In this document: one piece after another, positions 45,790 to 58,100 of the stretch
Layout of the letters: every line of letters starts with the position of its first letter
Position numbering within the stretch: position 1 is the stretch's first letter
Assembly (NCBI GenBank): GCA_026996895.1
Contig: JALWJX010000082.1
Coordinates: 38,031-102,030 of the forward strand
DNA: 64,000 bases
Reading direction: 5' to 3'
From: Candidatus Kapaibacterium sp.
Lineage (GTDB): Bacteria > Bacteroidota > Ignavibacteria > Kapaibacteriales > WFXC01
The notes under the pieces: generated by a model
Seen by the model: the letters and a program-made list of their open reading frames with translations, nothing else
What the model was told of the DNA's origin: nothing
Databases searched by the model: none
Program-made: the position numbers and the translations under genes

Positions 45790-48700
45790 TTACTTCACCC
45801 CGATCAGCCGGGTTACTGTCCACACACCGTCGGAGCAGCGGAGGAAAAAGGTGCCGCTATGCCCAAGCTGAGCACGGTGGAGAACCAATGTACTGTGCCA
45901 GCTTCCGGTGGTGGGATCATACTCAAATGCAGACAACGGCGGAACAAGGGTAAGGATCAACTGTCCAAGAGCAGAGTAAATTTGAATCCGAAAGTTCGAA
46001 GGTGACCGAACTCCCGCTAACTGAATCATTGCTTGATCTGTCAGTGGATTAGGCGCAATCGTAACGCTTAAACTCCCGGTAGTAGGGTTGAGCAGTTGCG
46101 GCGCCCCTTCTTTGTAGATACGAAGATGAAACGTCCCCGGTTGATAGTGCTGCGGCAAAACATAGCTGAAACCATCCGGAAAGAGCCAGCGCACGCTGTC
46201 GATCCAGACGGGCGAATACTCCATATCACCCAATCCCACTAGCAAGGGAAGCGATACAAGGACATCAGCAGACTGGTCACTATAAGACTGCGGAATAGCA
46301 ACCGTATGCCAGCCCGTCTGCGGCAAAGTGCGCAACGCAGGATCTAAAGGGGTAAGAACCGTAGCATTCCATCGGGCAAAAATGACATATTGCTGCGGCT
46401 GCAATTGTTGCAGTATCGGCTCCAAAACCCCTCGAATCTCCAACCATACTGTATCGCCCGGTGCTCCTTCGAACGGCACAATACTCCAGCGGGCAACGGC
46501 TGTTCGCTGCGCCTGTCCAATCACGGGAAATGTGACTATGAAAGGACATAGTCCCAACAAACGCACCTGCAGGGTATCGGTATGGAGTGTATCCAGAGCA
46601 AAAAATTCAACTGCCAGTTCCAGCGCCTCACCCGGTCTCAGTGTATCAGGCAATAACGGCTTCATCCACACAATTCGGAACAGGGTAGCAGCCTGAAAAT
46701 GTGCCTGTTGCACCCACAGCGGCGTTGTCCCGCGATTCACAATGCGAATGGTATCGATGCGGCGAGTTGCGACTGGAACAGCAGGCAATGACACCGCTGT
46801 CGGCGCTGCAACTGAATCAAAGTGGCGGAAACCGGTTACGGCAACACCCGTGCGCTCTCCGCAGGGCAAGGACGTCAGCCATAGCGTATCGCTCCACTCA
46901 CCCTTCGGCGGTATACCCCGGATGTGGAATGCTACGGAATCAAAGGGCAAGAGCGTCGAAGCAGCTAAATCACCGTCCATCCACGCAGGAAGTTGACCCA
47001 CCGTAAGGAACAACGTATCCGCTGTACGGTTGCTTATCCACAATGTGGTATCAAGCTGGGGACGGCACACGCGAAGAGAATCCAGTTGGAGTTCGGGAAC
47101 ACCAAGGGACGGGACACGCGCGGCTGCCAGGAGCGGAATTTTCATCGTATCAACGCAGCCTCGAACGGAATATGCCACCGACAGAGCAGCCCGAAACTCC
47201 CCATCCAAAGCAGGCTGGCAAACGATGCGGGCAATAAACGTTTCCTGAGGCGCTAAAAATGGAGGCAGAGAAGTTGATAGCACAAACGGCGCTGGTACCG
47301 TCCATTGATGAATCCACAACGTATCGGTCGGCGACCGATTCTGTAACTGTACAGCCGTATCAAGCGGAAATCGGCAGAGAGTGTGGACACCGTAATCCAC
47401 CACTGCGAGATCCGTTGTAAAAGGCTGTAATTTGTTTCCGCTCACTGCGATCGGAATGGCATATTGACACGGCGTATACCGCAATTTGAGGGTATCGGCA
47501 AAAACGCCCTGTTGGTAGGGAGCAAATCGAATCGTTACGGTTGTCGCTGCACCGGGTGGTAGCAGGATCGGCAAAGGGGTCTGAATGGCAAAAGCATCGG
47601 AAGCATCGGCGGCAACAATGGTATGGGCAACCGTGTCAGGATTGACAATCTGGATGCTCTGGGTCGTCTGTGGAGCACACTCACTTAGCGTGCCAAACTC
47701 TATCACTGAAGGGAACGTTTGCAAAGGAACTTCGGGCAAAAGAAACACAGGGATCGCTGGAGTCACGATGGTATCGCATTCTCCGATTAGCAAAGCACGA
47801 TACCACAGGGTATCCCCCGGATCGCCGCTTGTGGTTGTCCGAAGTGTTGGTGAGGCTTGATAGTACACCGGTTGCCACGGCCGATCCTGACGATCCCGCC
47901 ATTGCCACCGATATGCTAAGGCATCTTCCGCCCGGACAAACAGGGTTATTTCTTCTCCAGGACAGACCGTGGGAGAAGTCGACAGTGTAATCACTTTCGG
48001 CGACGCCGCCTTCCGCACGGAAGCGCCGCGAGTTGCTGTCGAACACTCCTGATAGAAAAATATCGCTCGAAACAGCGCCGATGGTGACACCGTATCTGCC
48101 CGGCGAATCACCAGAAATTCTTCTGTTGTCCCCGGCAACAATTGCCACGTATACCCTCCATCATCACTCCGCTGCCACCGAACAGAGTCGTAAGGATAGG
48201 CAGAAGCATAGAAAACCGCAGAGTCATTGGGACATACGCTCTGGGTCACAGGATGCACCGCAATTTGTGGCGCTGGTCGCAACCGAAGCCGCGCTGGCTC
48301 ACTTACCGCGACGCCACAAACATTACTCAAGCGCAACCGAAACAGGGCATTCTGCTGTGATTGTCCAACGGTTGGCAAAAATAACTGGTATCGGCGCTCG
48401 TACGGCAGCGGCGTCCAGGACTTCCCTCCGTCCGTACTCCGCTCCCACACTCGCTCCGGCAGCGGATAGCCTCCGCCTTCTGCTTCAAACAGTACATCGC
48501 TGCCCGGACAGACCGTCACATCCTCTGGATGCCGGCTAATCTGCGGTGGCTGATACCACACGATCGCTCCTTCCGAACGGTCATAGAGGACAGATCCATC
48601 CGTAGAGGTGGCAACAACAGCAAACAGCGTGTCTTCTGTTGACCGCTCTGGCAATATCCACTGAAAAGTGGTATCACGTGCCGCCACCACACCTATCGGA

Positions 48701-50799
48701 AACTGATGCTGCGGTGAAGCAAGCCAGAGAGCAAAAGAATCCAGATGGGCAGTAGCACGCCATTGAAATCGAATCGAATCGCCGGGACATCGAGCAACAA
48801 GCGTATCAGGCGCCAGCAGGCGAAGTGGATACTGGAGTACCGTCACAAAGGCATCCGGTACCACCTGTGCCTGCGGATATGCTCCCCGGGCACTTTCAGG
48901 AAGTACTGGAGAGGTCGTTGTCCCTGCCAGTACAAATCGCATTGCTGCTGACGGCAACTGACGCAGCACCGTCGGCTCGTCCCGACCAATTCCGCCGAAA
49001 TACGAAGCATAGAGCAGTCGGGACAATGAAAAATCCAACTGCAACACGATGGCATCCAGATCCCCCCCGGATTCCGGCTGATCCGCATCCGGGGTCGTGG
49101 GGAATTGTGCAGAGCTGGTCCAGCCAGCCAGAAAGAACGTGGAATCCTCAAGTGCCAGCAGTGCCACTGGCTGTTCCCATCCCTGGGTTCCAACGTAGGT
49201 TGCTGCCTGAAGCTCCAGCGAGTCACGGAAATTGAGTACTGCTATCCAGATATCATCTCCTCCCTGGTAGTTTGAGTCTACGGCGCCGACGGTGACAGGA
49301 AAATCATCGGAATTGGTCACTCCGCAGAGGGCGATACCAGCAGCAGCCGGAGCGAGCGCTATGGCGTAATCTGTCAGGCGACCGCCCAGGAAACTGGAAA
49401 AGCGAAGCGTAAAATCCGGCAATGTGATTGCCGACACAAAGGCATCGAATGGACCGTGCAACGATGGTTGCAAAGCATTCACCACAGGAAAATCTGCCGA
49501 AGACGTCTTGCCAGCAACCCAGAGCATTCCATCCAGAACCATCGCTGCGATCGCAACGTCGGAACCGCTTCCACCGAAGTAGCTTTGCCACAGCGGATGG
49601 TACAGGGTATCCAGCGCAATACAATAAAAATCCGTCGCTCCCTGCAAGTGATCGAACACTGCCGTGGAGCTTACGGGAAGATCATCGGAAAGGGTTTCCA
49701 GCACTACAATTTCCATCCCGTCACCGCTGGCAATTGCCTTGCCAACATCCGTTCCTGCACCACCGATGTAAGAAGCATAATGCAGGGTCGTCAGGACGGT
49801 GTCGAATACCGCTACAAACGCATCGGTCTGCCCACCACCATAATCGGGTTGAAATGCAGACACTGTTGGAAAATCCTGTGAGCTGGTTTTTCCCGTAATC
49901 CAGACCTTCCCATTCCGCACTGCTACAGCAGTTGCTGCTTCATCGCCACTGCCACCAATCAAAGTGAAAGCGACTAATCGCAACGTTGGCGACAACACCG
50001 CAAGGAAGGCATCCGTTGGCGGTGCAAAAGTGGTATCATACCCCCCCCGGTGTGAAGGCAAGTCTGGCGAAGCAGTGCTGCCAACAACTATGATATTCCC
50101 GTTGGGCAACACAGCTCCATCGGTAATGACGTCATCACCGCTACCACCAAAGAAGGTACTCCGCACCACCGGATCCACCCACGACGGGACTGGCAGCTCA
50201 GGCGAGATCGTCACAATCGAATCCTGCACCGTTGCAAACTCTGCCGGAACCGATCGAGTCAGTACCGGTAAAACAACCTGGAGACGCTCGTGATAAACAA
50301 CGCCGGTCTTTGTTTGAATTTCCAGCGATGTTTTCCGTGCCCTCAGCGTATCCGCCCCATCCACAATCCACAATACGGATGGCACTGTCCCCAGCCATTC
50401 ATAATGGAGGCGACCCCGGTCAATCCAAAGGTGCAACTGTGTTGCTCCCGTCTCGCTGCGCAACCACAACTCCGAGTACGGCTGGCAATAAAACGGCTTT
50501 GCATTTCGCACAACGGTCCACCGTACCGGTAACGGCGATTGCGGCGTGACGACAGGCAACGGAAGGGAATACTGGAGAAAAACAACTGCTCCGGTCGTTC
50601 CTGTTGAATCCACGGAGTAATAATCAAACAGCAAGCCCCGGGTTGTCACCCAGAGCCACGCATCGGGCAAGCGACTCCAGAACAGCACGGTGTCAGGATA
50701 CCGTCCATCGTTGGGAATAAATCCTGCAATCGGCAAACGCGCATACACAGGGATCAATCCCACCAGAATGAGCCAGACAATAACTCGACGCACTCTCAT
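45790..50799 (-). CDS. Giant (1669 aa) secreted protein with SBBP beta-propeller repeats, Ig-like regions and a T9SS-type C-terminal sorting domain.
   Basis: It has a signal peptide and repeated FGGSGDD...GKTSSQDFP and GGSGDEAAT...TSSADFP blocks of the Bacteroidetes-type SBBP propeller repeat. The C-terminal ~80 aa ending in FFLRCSDGVWTVTRLIGVK resemble a T9SS sorting domain. Confidence 0.7.
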   Translation of the reverse strand: MRVRRVIVWLILVGLIPVYARLPIAGFIPNDGRYPDTVLFWSRLPDAWLWVTTRGLLFDYYSVDSTGTTGAVVFLQYSLPLPVVTPQSPLPVRWTVVRNAKPFYCQPYSELWLRSETGATQLHLWIDRGRLHYEWLGTVPSVLWIVDGADTLRARKTSLEIQTKTGVVYHERLQVVLPVLTRSVPAEFATVQDSIVTISPELPVPSWVDPVVRSTFFGGSGDDVITDGAVLPNGNIIVVGSTASPDLPSHRGGYDTTFAPPTDAFLAVLSPTLRLVAFTLIGGSGDEAATAVAVRNGKVWITGKTSSQDFPTVSAFQPDYGGGQTDAFVAVFDTVLTTLHYASYIGGAGTDVGKAIASGDGMEIVVLETLSDDLPVSSTAVFDHLQGATDFYCIALDTLYHPLWQSYFGGSGSDVAIAAMVLDGMLWVAGKTSSADFPVVNALQPSLHGPFDAFVSAITLPDFTLRFSSFLGGRLTDYAIALAPAAAGIALCGVTNSDDFPVTVGAVDSNYQGGDDIWIAVLNFRDSLELQAATYVGTQGWEQPVALLALEDSTFFLAGWTSSAQFPTTPDADQPESGGDLDAIVLQLDFSLSRLLYASYFGGIGRDEPTVLRQLPSAAMRFVLAGTTTSPVLPESARGAYPQAQVVPDAFVTVLQYPLRLLAPDTLVARCPGDSIRFQWRATAHLDSFALWLASPQHQFPIGVVAARDTTFQWILPERSTEDTLFAVVATSTDGSVLYDRSEGAIVWYQPPQISRHPEDVTVCPGSDVLFEAEGGGYPLPERVWERSTDGGKSWTPLPYERRYQLFLPTVGQSQQNALFRLRLSNVCGVAVSEPARLRLRPAPQIAVHPVTQSVCPNDSAVFYASAYPYDSVRWQRSDDGGYTWQLLPGTTEEFLVIRRADTVSPSALFRAIFFYQECSTATRGASVRKAASPKVITLSTSPTVCPGEEITLFVRAEDALAYRWQWRDRQDRPWQPVYYQASPTLRTTTSGDPGDTLWYRALLIGECDTIVTPAIPVFLLPEVPLQTFPSVIEFGTLSECAPQTTQSIQIVNPDTVAHTIVAADASDAFAIQTPLPILLPPGAATTVTIRFAPYQQGVFADTLKLRYTPCQYAIPIAVSGNKLQPFTTDLAVVDYGVHTLCRFPLDTAVQLQNRSPTDTLWIHQWTVPAPFVLSTSLPPFLAPQETFIARIVCQPALDGEFRAALSVAYSVRGCVDTMKIPLLAAARVPSLGVPELQLDSLRVCRPQLDTTLWISNRTADTLFLTVGQLPAWMDGDLAASTLLPFDSVAFHIRGIPPKGEWSDTLWLTSLPCGERTGVAVTGFRHFDSVAAPTAVSLPAVPVATRRIDTIRIVNRGTTPLWVQQAHFQAATLFRIVWMKPLLPDTLRPGEALELAVEFFALDTLHTDTLQVRLLGLCPFIVTFPVIGQAQRTAVARWSIVPFEGAPGDTVWLEIRGVLEPILQQLQPQQYVIFARWNATVLTPLDPALRTLPQTGWHTVAIPQSYSDQSADVLVSLPLLVGLGDMEYSPVWIDSVRWLFPDGFSYVLPQHYQPGTFHLRIYKEGAPQLLNPTTGSLSVTIAPNPLTDQAMIQLAGVRSPSNFRIQIYSALGQLILTLVPPLSAFEYDPTTGSWHSTLVLHRAQLGHSGTFFLRCSDGVWTVTRLIGVK

Positions 50800-51019
50800 T
50801 CACGTTTCCACTCCGCGCTCCGATCCTATAATACGGTTGACGAACATCTCCAGACAACCGATAGAAAAGCAAAGGTATCTTAATTACATCAGCAAGCTGG
50901 CATATACCTGACCATCTTTGGTGACGATGGACGGTTCAGGTTGGTGATCACAACAGGTCCATCTGTGAGAAAGCAGGAAGTTATCCGTCTTGCAGGCTTT
51001 GCAAAAACCGAAGAAACCG

Positions 51020-51922
51020 ATGAAACGACTCTCTGCAGCAACTATCGCAGATGCCTGGCTGCTTTTCATTACCATTATCTGGAGCGGTACGTTCGCTTTG
51101 ATTAAGCTGGCACTGCAGGAAATCCCGCCGTTGACCTTTACCGCTGTCCGTTTTACCCTCGCTTTCCTTGCCAGTACTTTCGTGTGGCGCTCTTCTCTGT
51201 CCTCATTGTCCCGGAATCGATTTCGGCAGGGCGTAGTGTTGGGCATCCTGTTTGGCTTCGGCTTCTATCTCCAGACACTGGGGTTGCTCTTCACCAGCGT
51301 TGGGAATTCCGCCTTTATCACCGGTGCTCTGGTTGTCTTTACTCCCTTCGCCTACTGGCTGATCGAACGAAAACGCCTGTCCATCCATCACATCATCAGC
51401 GTTGCCATTGTCTTCGCAGGGCTTCTCATCTTTGTACGTCCGGCCGCAGCCTTTAATATCGGAGACGGTCTGACCCTGCTGAGCGCAGCAGGATGGGCAT
51501 TGTACATTGTCTATGTAGACGTGTTCACCCGGTCTGTCGCAGCGCATCATATCTGGTCAGTCACCGGGCAACTGGTCATTGTACAGTTTGGCGTCACAGC
51601 TGTGCTGGGAATAGCTCTTGCTTTCTTCCTTGAATCCCTCCCTTCTCTTCATTCCATCTCGTGGCAAGCAATTGGTGCACTACTGTATACTGCCCTGCTG
51701 GCATCAGTTGTTGCAACAGGCATTCAAACCTACTATCAACGTCGGACCACTCCCGTACGTGCCGCGCTGATCTTTGCCTTGGAACCCGTGCTGGCGGCAC
51801 TGCTTGGCGTCTGGATATTAGATGAATCCTTCGATCTCTGGCACTGGATCGGCGGAACGCTGGTGATCAGCGGCGTTCTCTGGACCGAACTCCGTTCCGC
51901 TGCTGAAAACTCCTCTGGATAA
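51020..51922 (+). CDS. EamA-family (DMT superfamily) transporter.
   Basis: It has ten predicted transmembrane helices and a tandem EamA-like duplication. The longest ORF starts at 50990. Confidence 0.7.
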   Translation: MKRLSAATIADAWLLFITIIWSGTFALIKLALQEIPPLTFTAVRFTLAFLASTFVWRSSLSSLSRNRFRQGVVLGILFGFGFYLQTLGLLFTSVGNSAFITGALVVFTPFAYWLIERKRLSIHHIISVAIVFAGLLIFVRPAAAFNIGDGLTLLSAAGWALYIVYVDVFTRSVAAHHIWSVTGQLVIVQFGVTAVLGIALAFFLESLPSLHSISWQAIGALLYTALLASVVATGIQTYYQRRTTPVRAALIFALEPVLAALLGVWILDESFDLWHWIGGTLVISGVLWTELRSAAENSSG

Positions 51923-52057
51923 AATGGTATAGCCCCGATACCGGCATAGCCCAGCGAACTCTGAATCTTTACTGAAGAACGGTCCTCCAGGGTAAGTTGG
52001 CGGCCTATTCTCGGCTATTTTGCTCTTTCTTGCCGATCGACTCAGCGCTTCCGGTTC

Positions 52058-52080
52058 AAATTACGTAATTTTACGTATTG
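52058..52080 (+). promoter_or_regulatory. Second copy of the 23-nt palindromic motif aaattacgtaattttacgtattg, 62 nt upstream of giant fiber-like gene 2.
   Basis: It is identical to 28016-28038. Confidence 0.55.
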
Positions 52081-52141
52081 ATTTTTCAGCTGCCAACGTG
52101 TATTTTTGCCGTGATATACGCAAAATACAGGAGAAAACACG

Positions 52142-55100
52142 ATGATGGCACAATTGTGGAAACCGCGCCTAAATACAGTATTATTGACGATCGCTCTCTG
52201 GACTGTCTGTATCATTGCTGGCTGGTCTCAGACAGTTTTCCGCGAAGGAGGCATCCCCCGGATGGTCATTGCAACTACCGGCAATGTAGGGATTGGTACA
52301 ACCACTCCTTCTATCACTGCATTGCTGGAACTCAGCTCAACCTCCGCGGGGATCCTCATTCCCCGACTCACTCAGGCAGAGCGAGATGCAATCAACTCCC
52401 CTGCGTTGTGGTTATTGATCTTCAACACCACCGCCCAGCAGTTTGAATACTGGAACGGTTCGCAGTGGATTCCTTTAATTTCTGCTACTTCTCTCACTTC
52501 CAGCAGTTGGTCACTGACGGGGAACGCTGGAACCGACCCAGCGACCAATTTTCTGGGTACCACGGATAACCAGCCGTTGGTGATTCGGACGAACAACACC
52601 GAAGTAATGCGGGTTACCACTACTGGCAACGTTGGGATTGGCACCAGTGCTCCCGGCTATCGCCTTCACCTTGCTGCTGATGGGATGATCTATGCGGAAG
52701 GAACTTTTGGTGCGGGAGCAACCGTTCCGCCGGGAGCGAAGACAGCGTTTATCTGGAACCCGCGCAAAGCGGCGATTCGAGCTGGACAGGTAACGGGCAA
52801 TCAGTGGGATGATGCGAATGTTGGCAACTACTCGGTTGCTTTTGGGTACGCTAACACTGCCAGTGGTGCTGGGAGCACCGTTGGTGGTGGGCAGGGCAAC
52901 GTTGCCAGCGGTCAGAATAGCACCCTCGGTGGTGGCTACCTGAACACCGCCAGCGGCAACTGGAGCACTGTCGGCGGCGGCTATCAGAACACCGCCAGTG
53001 GCGTTACCAGTACCATCGGTGGTGGTCTTTCCAACACTGCCAGCGATTATTATAGCACCGTCGGCGGCGGTCAACAAAACATCGCCAGCGGCACTGGCAG
53101 CACCGTCAGCGGCGGCGTCCAGAACACTGCCAGCGGGCACTATAGCACTGTTAGCGGTGGCTTTTACAACACCGCCAGCGGTTACTCCAGTATTGTCAGC
53201 GGGGGTCGGAACAATACTGCTGGCGGTGATTACTCCTGGGCAGGTGGCGGCTATATGTACCTCAGCGCTGCTGCCGATCGCACCTTCGTCTGGGGGTATG
53301 CCACGGTGACAACGGCGATTACTGCTTCGGATGCCTTTCTGATTGGTCCGTATGGCAACAGTTACCGTGTTGGGATCAACGTATTGAACCCTGCCGCGGC
53401 ACTGCATGTCAACGTTGGAAGCTGGTCGTACCCGCTACGGGTGGAAGGATTACCGACAACGAGCGCCAGCAGTACGGTGCTGGTCTCAGATGCCGCAGGG
53501 ATCGTGTACACCACCAGTGCCAGTGCACTGGCGGCATCCAATGCCTGGTCGCTGACAGGAAATGCCGGGACCGATCCAACAACGAATTTCCTGGGAACCA
53601 TTGACAACCGACCCCTGGTGATTCGCACGAACAACACCGAAGTAATGCGGGTTACCACTACTGGCAACGTTGGCGTTGGGACAGTGACACCAACAGTGAA
53701 GTTACACGTCAAGGCTGTCAGCAATCCGCTACGGCTGGAAGGGTTGCAGCCTTTGAGCAACGCCAGCACGATTTTAGCCGTCGATGGTAGCGGCGTGGTC
53801 TACACCACCAGTGCCAGTAGCCTGGCATCTGCCAGCGCGTGGAACATTACGGGGAACAGTGGTACAGATCCAGCAACGAACTTCTTAGGAACGACCGATA
53901 ATCAGCCGCTGGTGATTCGGACCAACAATGTAGAGCGGATGCGGATCACTGTTAACGGCTATGTTGGCATTGGAACAGATACTCCTGGGGAAATGCTGGA
54001 TATTGTCGGCAACTCCGATGCTGATCTGAATCTCACTTCCTTTGGTTCTTCCATTAGCACTATTCATATGCGTCGAGCCTTAGGAAGCAAATCTTCTCCA
54101 GCACCGGTAACCAACAATAACAACTTAGGTGGTGTCGAAGGCTTAGGGTACGACGGAACACAATACGTCCGGGCTGCGGGTATTGATTTTCAGGTTGATG
54201 GACCGGTCACCGCCAATGTAGTACCAGGACGGATTGTATTTCGAGTCCGACGACAAGGAAGTACCAGCTGGGGCGGAGAGGAGCAGGTGTTTATCAAAAA
54301 TGATGGAAAGGTAGGAATTCGGGTTGCCCATCCAACACATCGGCTGCACGTTGTAGCAGAAACTGGGGAAGATCCGCTCCGCCTGGAGGGTCTGCGAACG
54401 ACAACAGCGACGGTGGATTTGCTGGTTGCCACAGCCAGCGGCAGTGTGCATACCAGCAACGTACAGAGTTTAGTGGGCACTGTCGCCTGGTTGCTCACTG
54501 GAAATGCGGGGACAGATCCGGCGACGAATTTCTTAGGAACGACCGATAATCAGCCGTTGATCATCAAAGTAAACAACACGCAGGCATTGCGCATTGATCC
54601 CAACAGTGTATCGCCCAACATTATAGGCGGGTACAGCGGCAATAGCATTGCCAGCAGCGTTGTTGGGGCAATCATTAGCGGTGGTGGGAAGACAGCGGGA
54701 ACCAATCAGGTCACTGATAATTATGGCGTAGTCGGCGGCGGCGCTGGCAATCGAGCTGGCAATAATAGCGGGACAACCACTGATGCAGCGTATGCAACTG
54801 TGGGGGGAGGCTACGTTAATATAGCCAGTGGACAATACAGTATGGTTGGAGGGGGACAGAGCAACGTTGCCAGCGGGAACCATACTGTAGTTGCAGGGGG
54901 ATATAACAATCATGCCATTGGCAGTTACACTGCCGTTGGAGGGGGCATTAATAACAGTGCAAATGGCAATTATGGAATTGTCAGTGGAGGGGAACTCAAC
55001 AATGCCAGTGGTAGTTATAGCACCATTAGTGGGGGAAAGAGCAACATCGCCAGTGGTCAATACAGTGTTATAGGAGGCGGAATAAATAATGTTGCCAGCA

Positions 55101-58100
55101 ATACTTACAGTACCGTAGGAGGTGGATCTGGAAATCAAGCCAGCAGTTGGGCCAGCACAGTGGGAGGAGGACAGGGAAACACGGCAGGAGGAAATGGTGG
55201 AACGATCAGCGGCGGAGAAAACAACACTATCAATGCAGTTCTGGGTACAATCGGAGGAGGACAGGGAAACACGGTCAGTGGAGATAGAGGGACAATTGCA
55301 GGGGGACAGAATAACGCTGTTAATGGTATTGCAGGCACAATCGGAGGAGGACAGGGAAACACGGCAGGAGGAAATGGAAGTACAATCGCTGGAGGACAAA
55401 GTAATACTGCCAGCAGTAGTTATAGCAGCATTGGTGGAGGTATAAACAACAGTGCCAATGGCAACAATAGCACCGTTGGCGGTGGGGAACTCAACAGTGC
55501 CAGCGGCAGTCATAGTACTGTTGGAGGTGGCAAGAGCAACGCTGCTGGAGGTAGTTATAGCACAATCGGGGGAGGCATTAATAACGCTGCTGAAAACAAC
55601 TATAGTGCAGTCGTTGGCGGTCAAAATAACAAAGCCAGAGGATGGTACAGCACGATTGGAGGTGGAGGTGATAATAGCGTGAGCGGGAGATATAGTACGA
55701 TCAGCGGAGGAAGGGGCAATACCGTAGCAGGCGATTATGGATGGGCTGGGGGACGGGGAATGTACGCCGTGAGTTCTGCTGATCGGACCTTTGTCTGGGG
55801 CTATGCAACAGCGACGACGGCAATTACGGTATCAGATGCGTTTTTGATCGGTCCGTACGGGAACAGCTATCGAGTCGGGATCAACATACTGAATCCAACC
55901 GCGGCATTGCACGTCAATGCTGGGACGTGGAGCTACCCATTGCGGGTAGAGGGATTACCCTCAACCAGTGCCAGTAGCACAGTGCTGGTATCGGATGCCA
56001 GTGGGATTATTTACACCACCAGCGCCAGCAGTCTGGTCGGAAGTAATGTATGGTTGTTAACCGGCAATGCGGGCACGAATCCGGCAAGCAATTTCCTGGG
56101 TACCACCGATAATCAACCACTATCGATCCGCAGCAACAATCAGGAGGTTGTGCGAATTTCAACCTCGGGTGTGCAAATGCTACATCATAATACCACCTCT
56201 GTCCTCAGCATAGGTCCCAATCAACGAGTGAAAATTCAGGAATACCAACCGCACAGTGGAACTGATATTGGTGCCCCGGTGTGGGGGCGAGGCAGGATCA
56301 GTGTTGGAGGGACTGTCATCACAGGCTTTTGGCCCGCCGTGAAGTTTAACACGTACTGGAATCCTGCCGTAAGTCAGAACGTCCACATCACAACAGGGTC
56401 AGCATTCGTGATCAACCACGAACAGGACCCCGCTGCAAACAATCTGGTCATTTACTACTCCCCGTACCGATCAGCAGGTCAACAGTTTCAATACAATATA
56501 GGGCTTGCACTGACAACTTCCGGCAATGTTGGCGTTGGAACTGATACCCCAACAGCGAAGCTCCATATCAGCGCAACCAGTGCACCTTTGCGGCTGGAAG
56601 GATTGCAGGCAACCAGTGCAACGACAACCTTGTTGGCAGCAGATGGGCAGGGGGTGGTATATGCAACCAATGCCAGCAGTTTGATCAACAATCAGGCGTG
56701 GTCATTATTTGGCAACAGCGGGACGGACCCAGCAGTGAACTTCGTAGGAACTATCGACGCCCAACCGCTGGTGTTCCGGACGGGCAACGTTGAACGGGCG
56801 CGGATTACAACAGCAGGGCATCTGGGGATTGGAACCTCAAATCCCGGGTGGCTTCTGGATGTTGCTGGAACTGTCCACTTCGGAACCAGCGGAAACTTTG
56901 GAACCATCATTGCTGATATGCAGGCAGCCAACTTGTATGCTGGGGGATTGCAGGTGCGTAAGCGTGGAGCCACTGGAGATGCAAATGCGGCCGTCGTGGA
57001 TGGTTCAGAAATTGGTTATCACGATTTCTGGGGCTGGGATGGGAACAATTACAAGCGGTTAGCATACGTATTGGTAACCGCTCACGGAAATATTACCCCA
57101 GGCAGCGGTGGGGGCGATTATGCGATCGTAACTCGGGATCCAACGACCAATACTGAAGAGACTCGACTTTTCATCGATGCTCGAGGATATGTTGGGATCG
57201 GAACGACAACGCCGCTGCGACGCCTGGTGGTTGGCAATGACGATATTAACGGCATCAGTCTGGAAGAAGGCACCAGTCCGAATGCGGGATATTTGCGTTT
57301 TGGCGATAATACGGGATGGAAGTTTCACATTGGTCGCTCTCGGGAAAGCACATCAGGACCGTTGAATATAAGCACAACCGGGGTATTGGTAACAATTCAG
57401 GATGACGGCAACGTAGGAATTGGCAACACAGCACCACCAGCAACGTTGACAATCACAAATGCTATAGAGCTGCGCGGCAGTGGGAATGTATCATCGGTAG
57501 AAAGTGATATTCTCTTCACCTACAGCGGCGGTATTGCGGCGCAGAATAGTTTATACTTCTTCATTGATGCTGACAACAATGATGATGATACTCGAGCTTT
57601 CCGATTTCGCCGCAATGGGGAGACCATTAGTTCAACCAACACTGAAGATTTAATGGTCATTCGGGAAAGTGGAAAGGTTGGCATTGGGGTCGGTAATCCG
57701 AGCAATATTCTCACCATCGTACAAAACTCTTCCACAGATCCTATTGCCGATGCGTGGACAACGTATTCCACGCCGGAGACGAAAATCGTGTTAGGAACAC
57801 TGGATGCTGAAGCGCTGGAAGAATACCTCCGCCAGTTCAAGCAGTTGCCCATATATAAATGGCAGCGGACGGAAAGCGAACCGATCCGGGTCAGTGCAAT
57901 GGCAGAACCGGGCACACCGTCAGAAATTATGGCGTACGATGAAAAAGGAGAAATCCAGGGAATCGACCTGCAGGGATACATCGGGTTCTTACACACAGTG
58001 GTCAAAGCCCAACAGCAAATCTTAGAGCAGCAGCAGGCAGCGATCCAGCAACTCCAGACATCGACGCAACGCCAGCAGACAGAGATCCAGCAGCTTCGGC

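Noticed and set aside
46280-50550. Numerous 60-170-aa ORFs on both strands inside the 1669-aa T9SS cargo gene.
   Set aside because: They are embedded in a continuous 5-kb ORF with a signal peptide, SBBP repeats and a CTD. None has independent signals.
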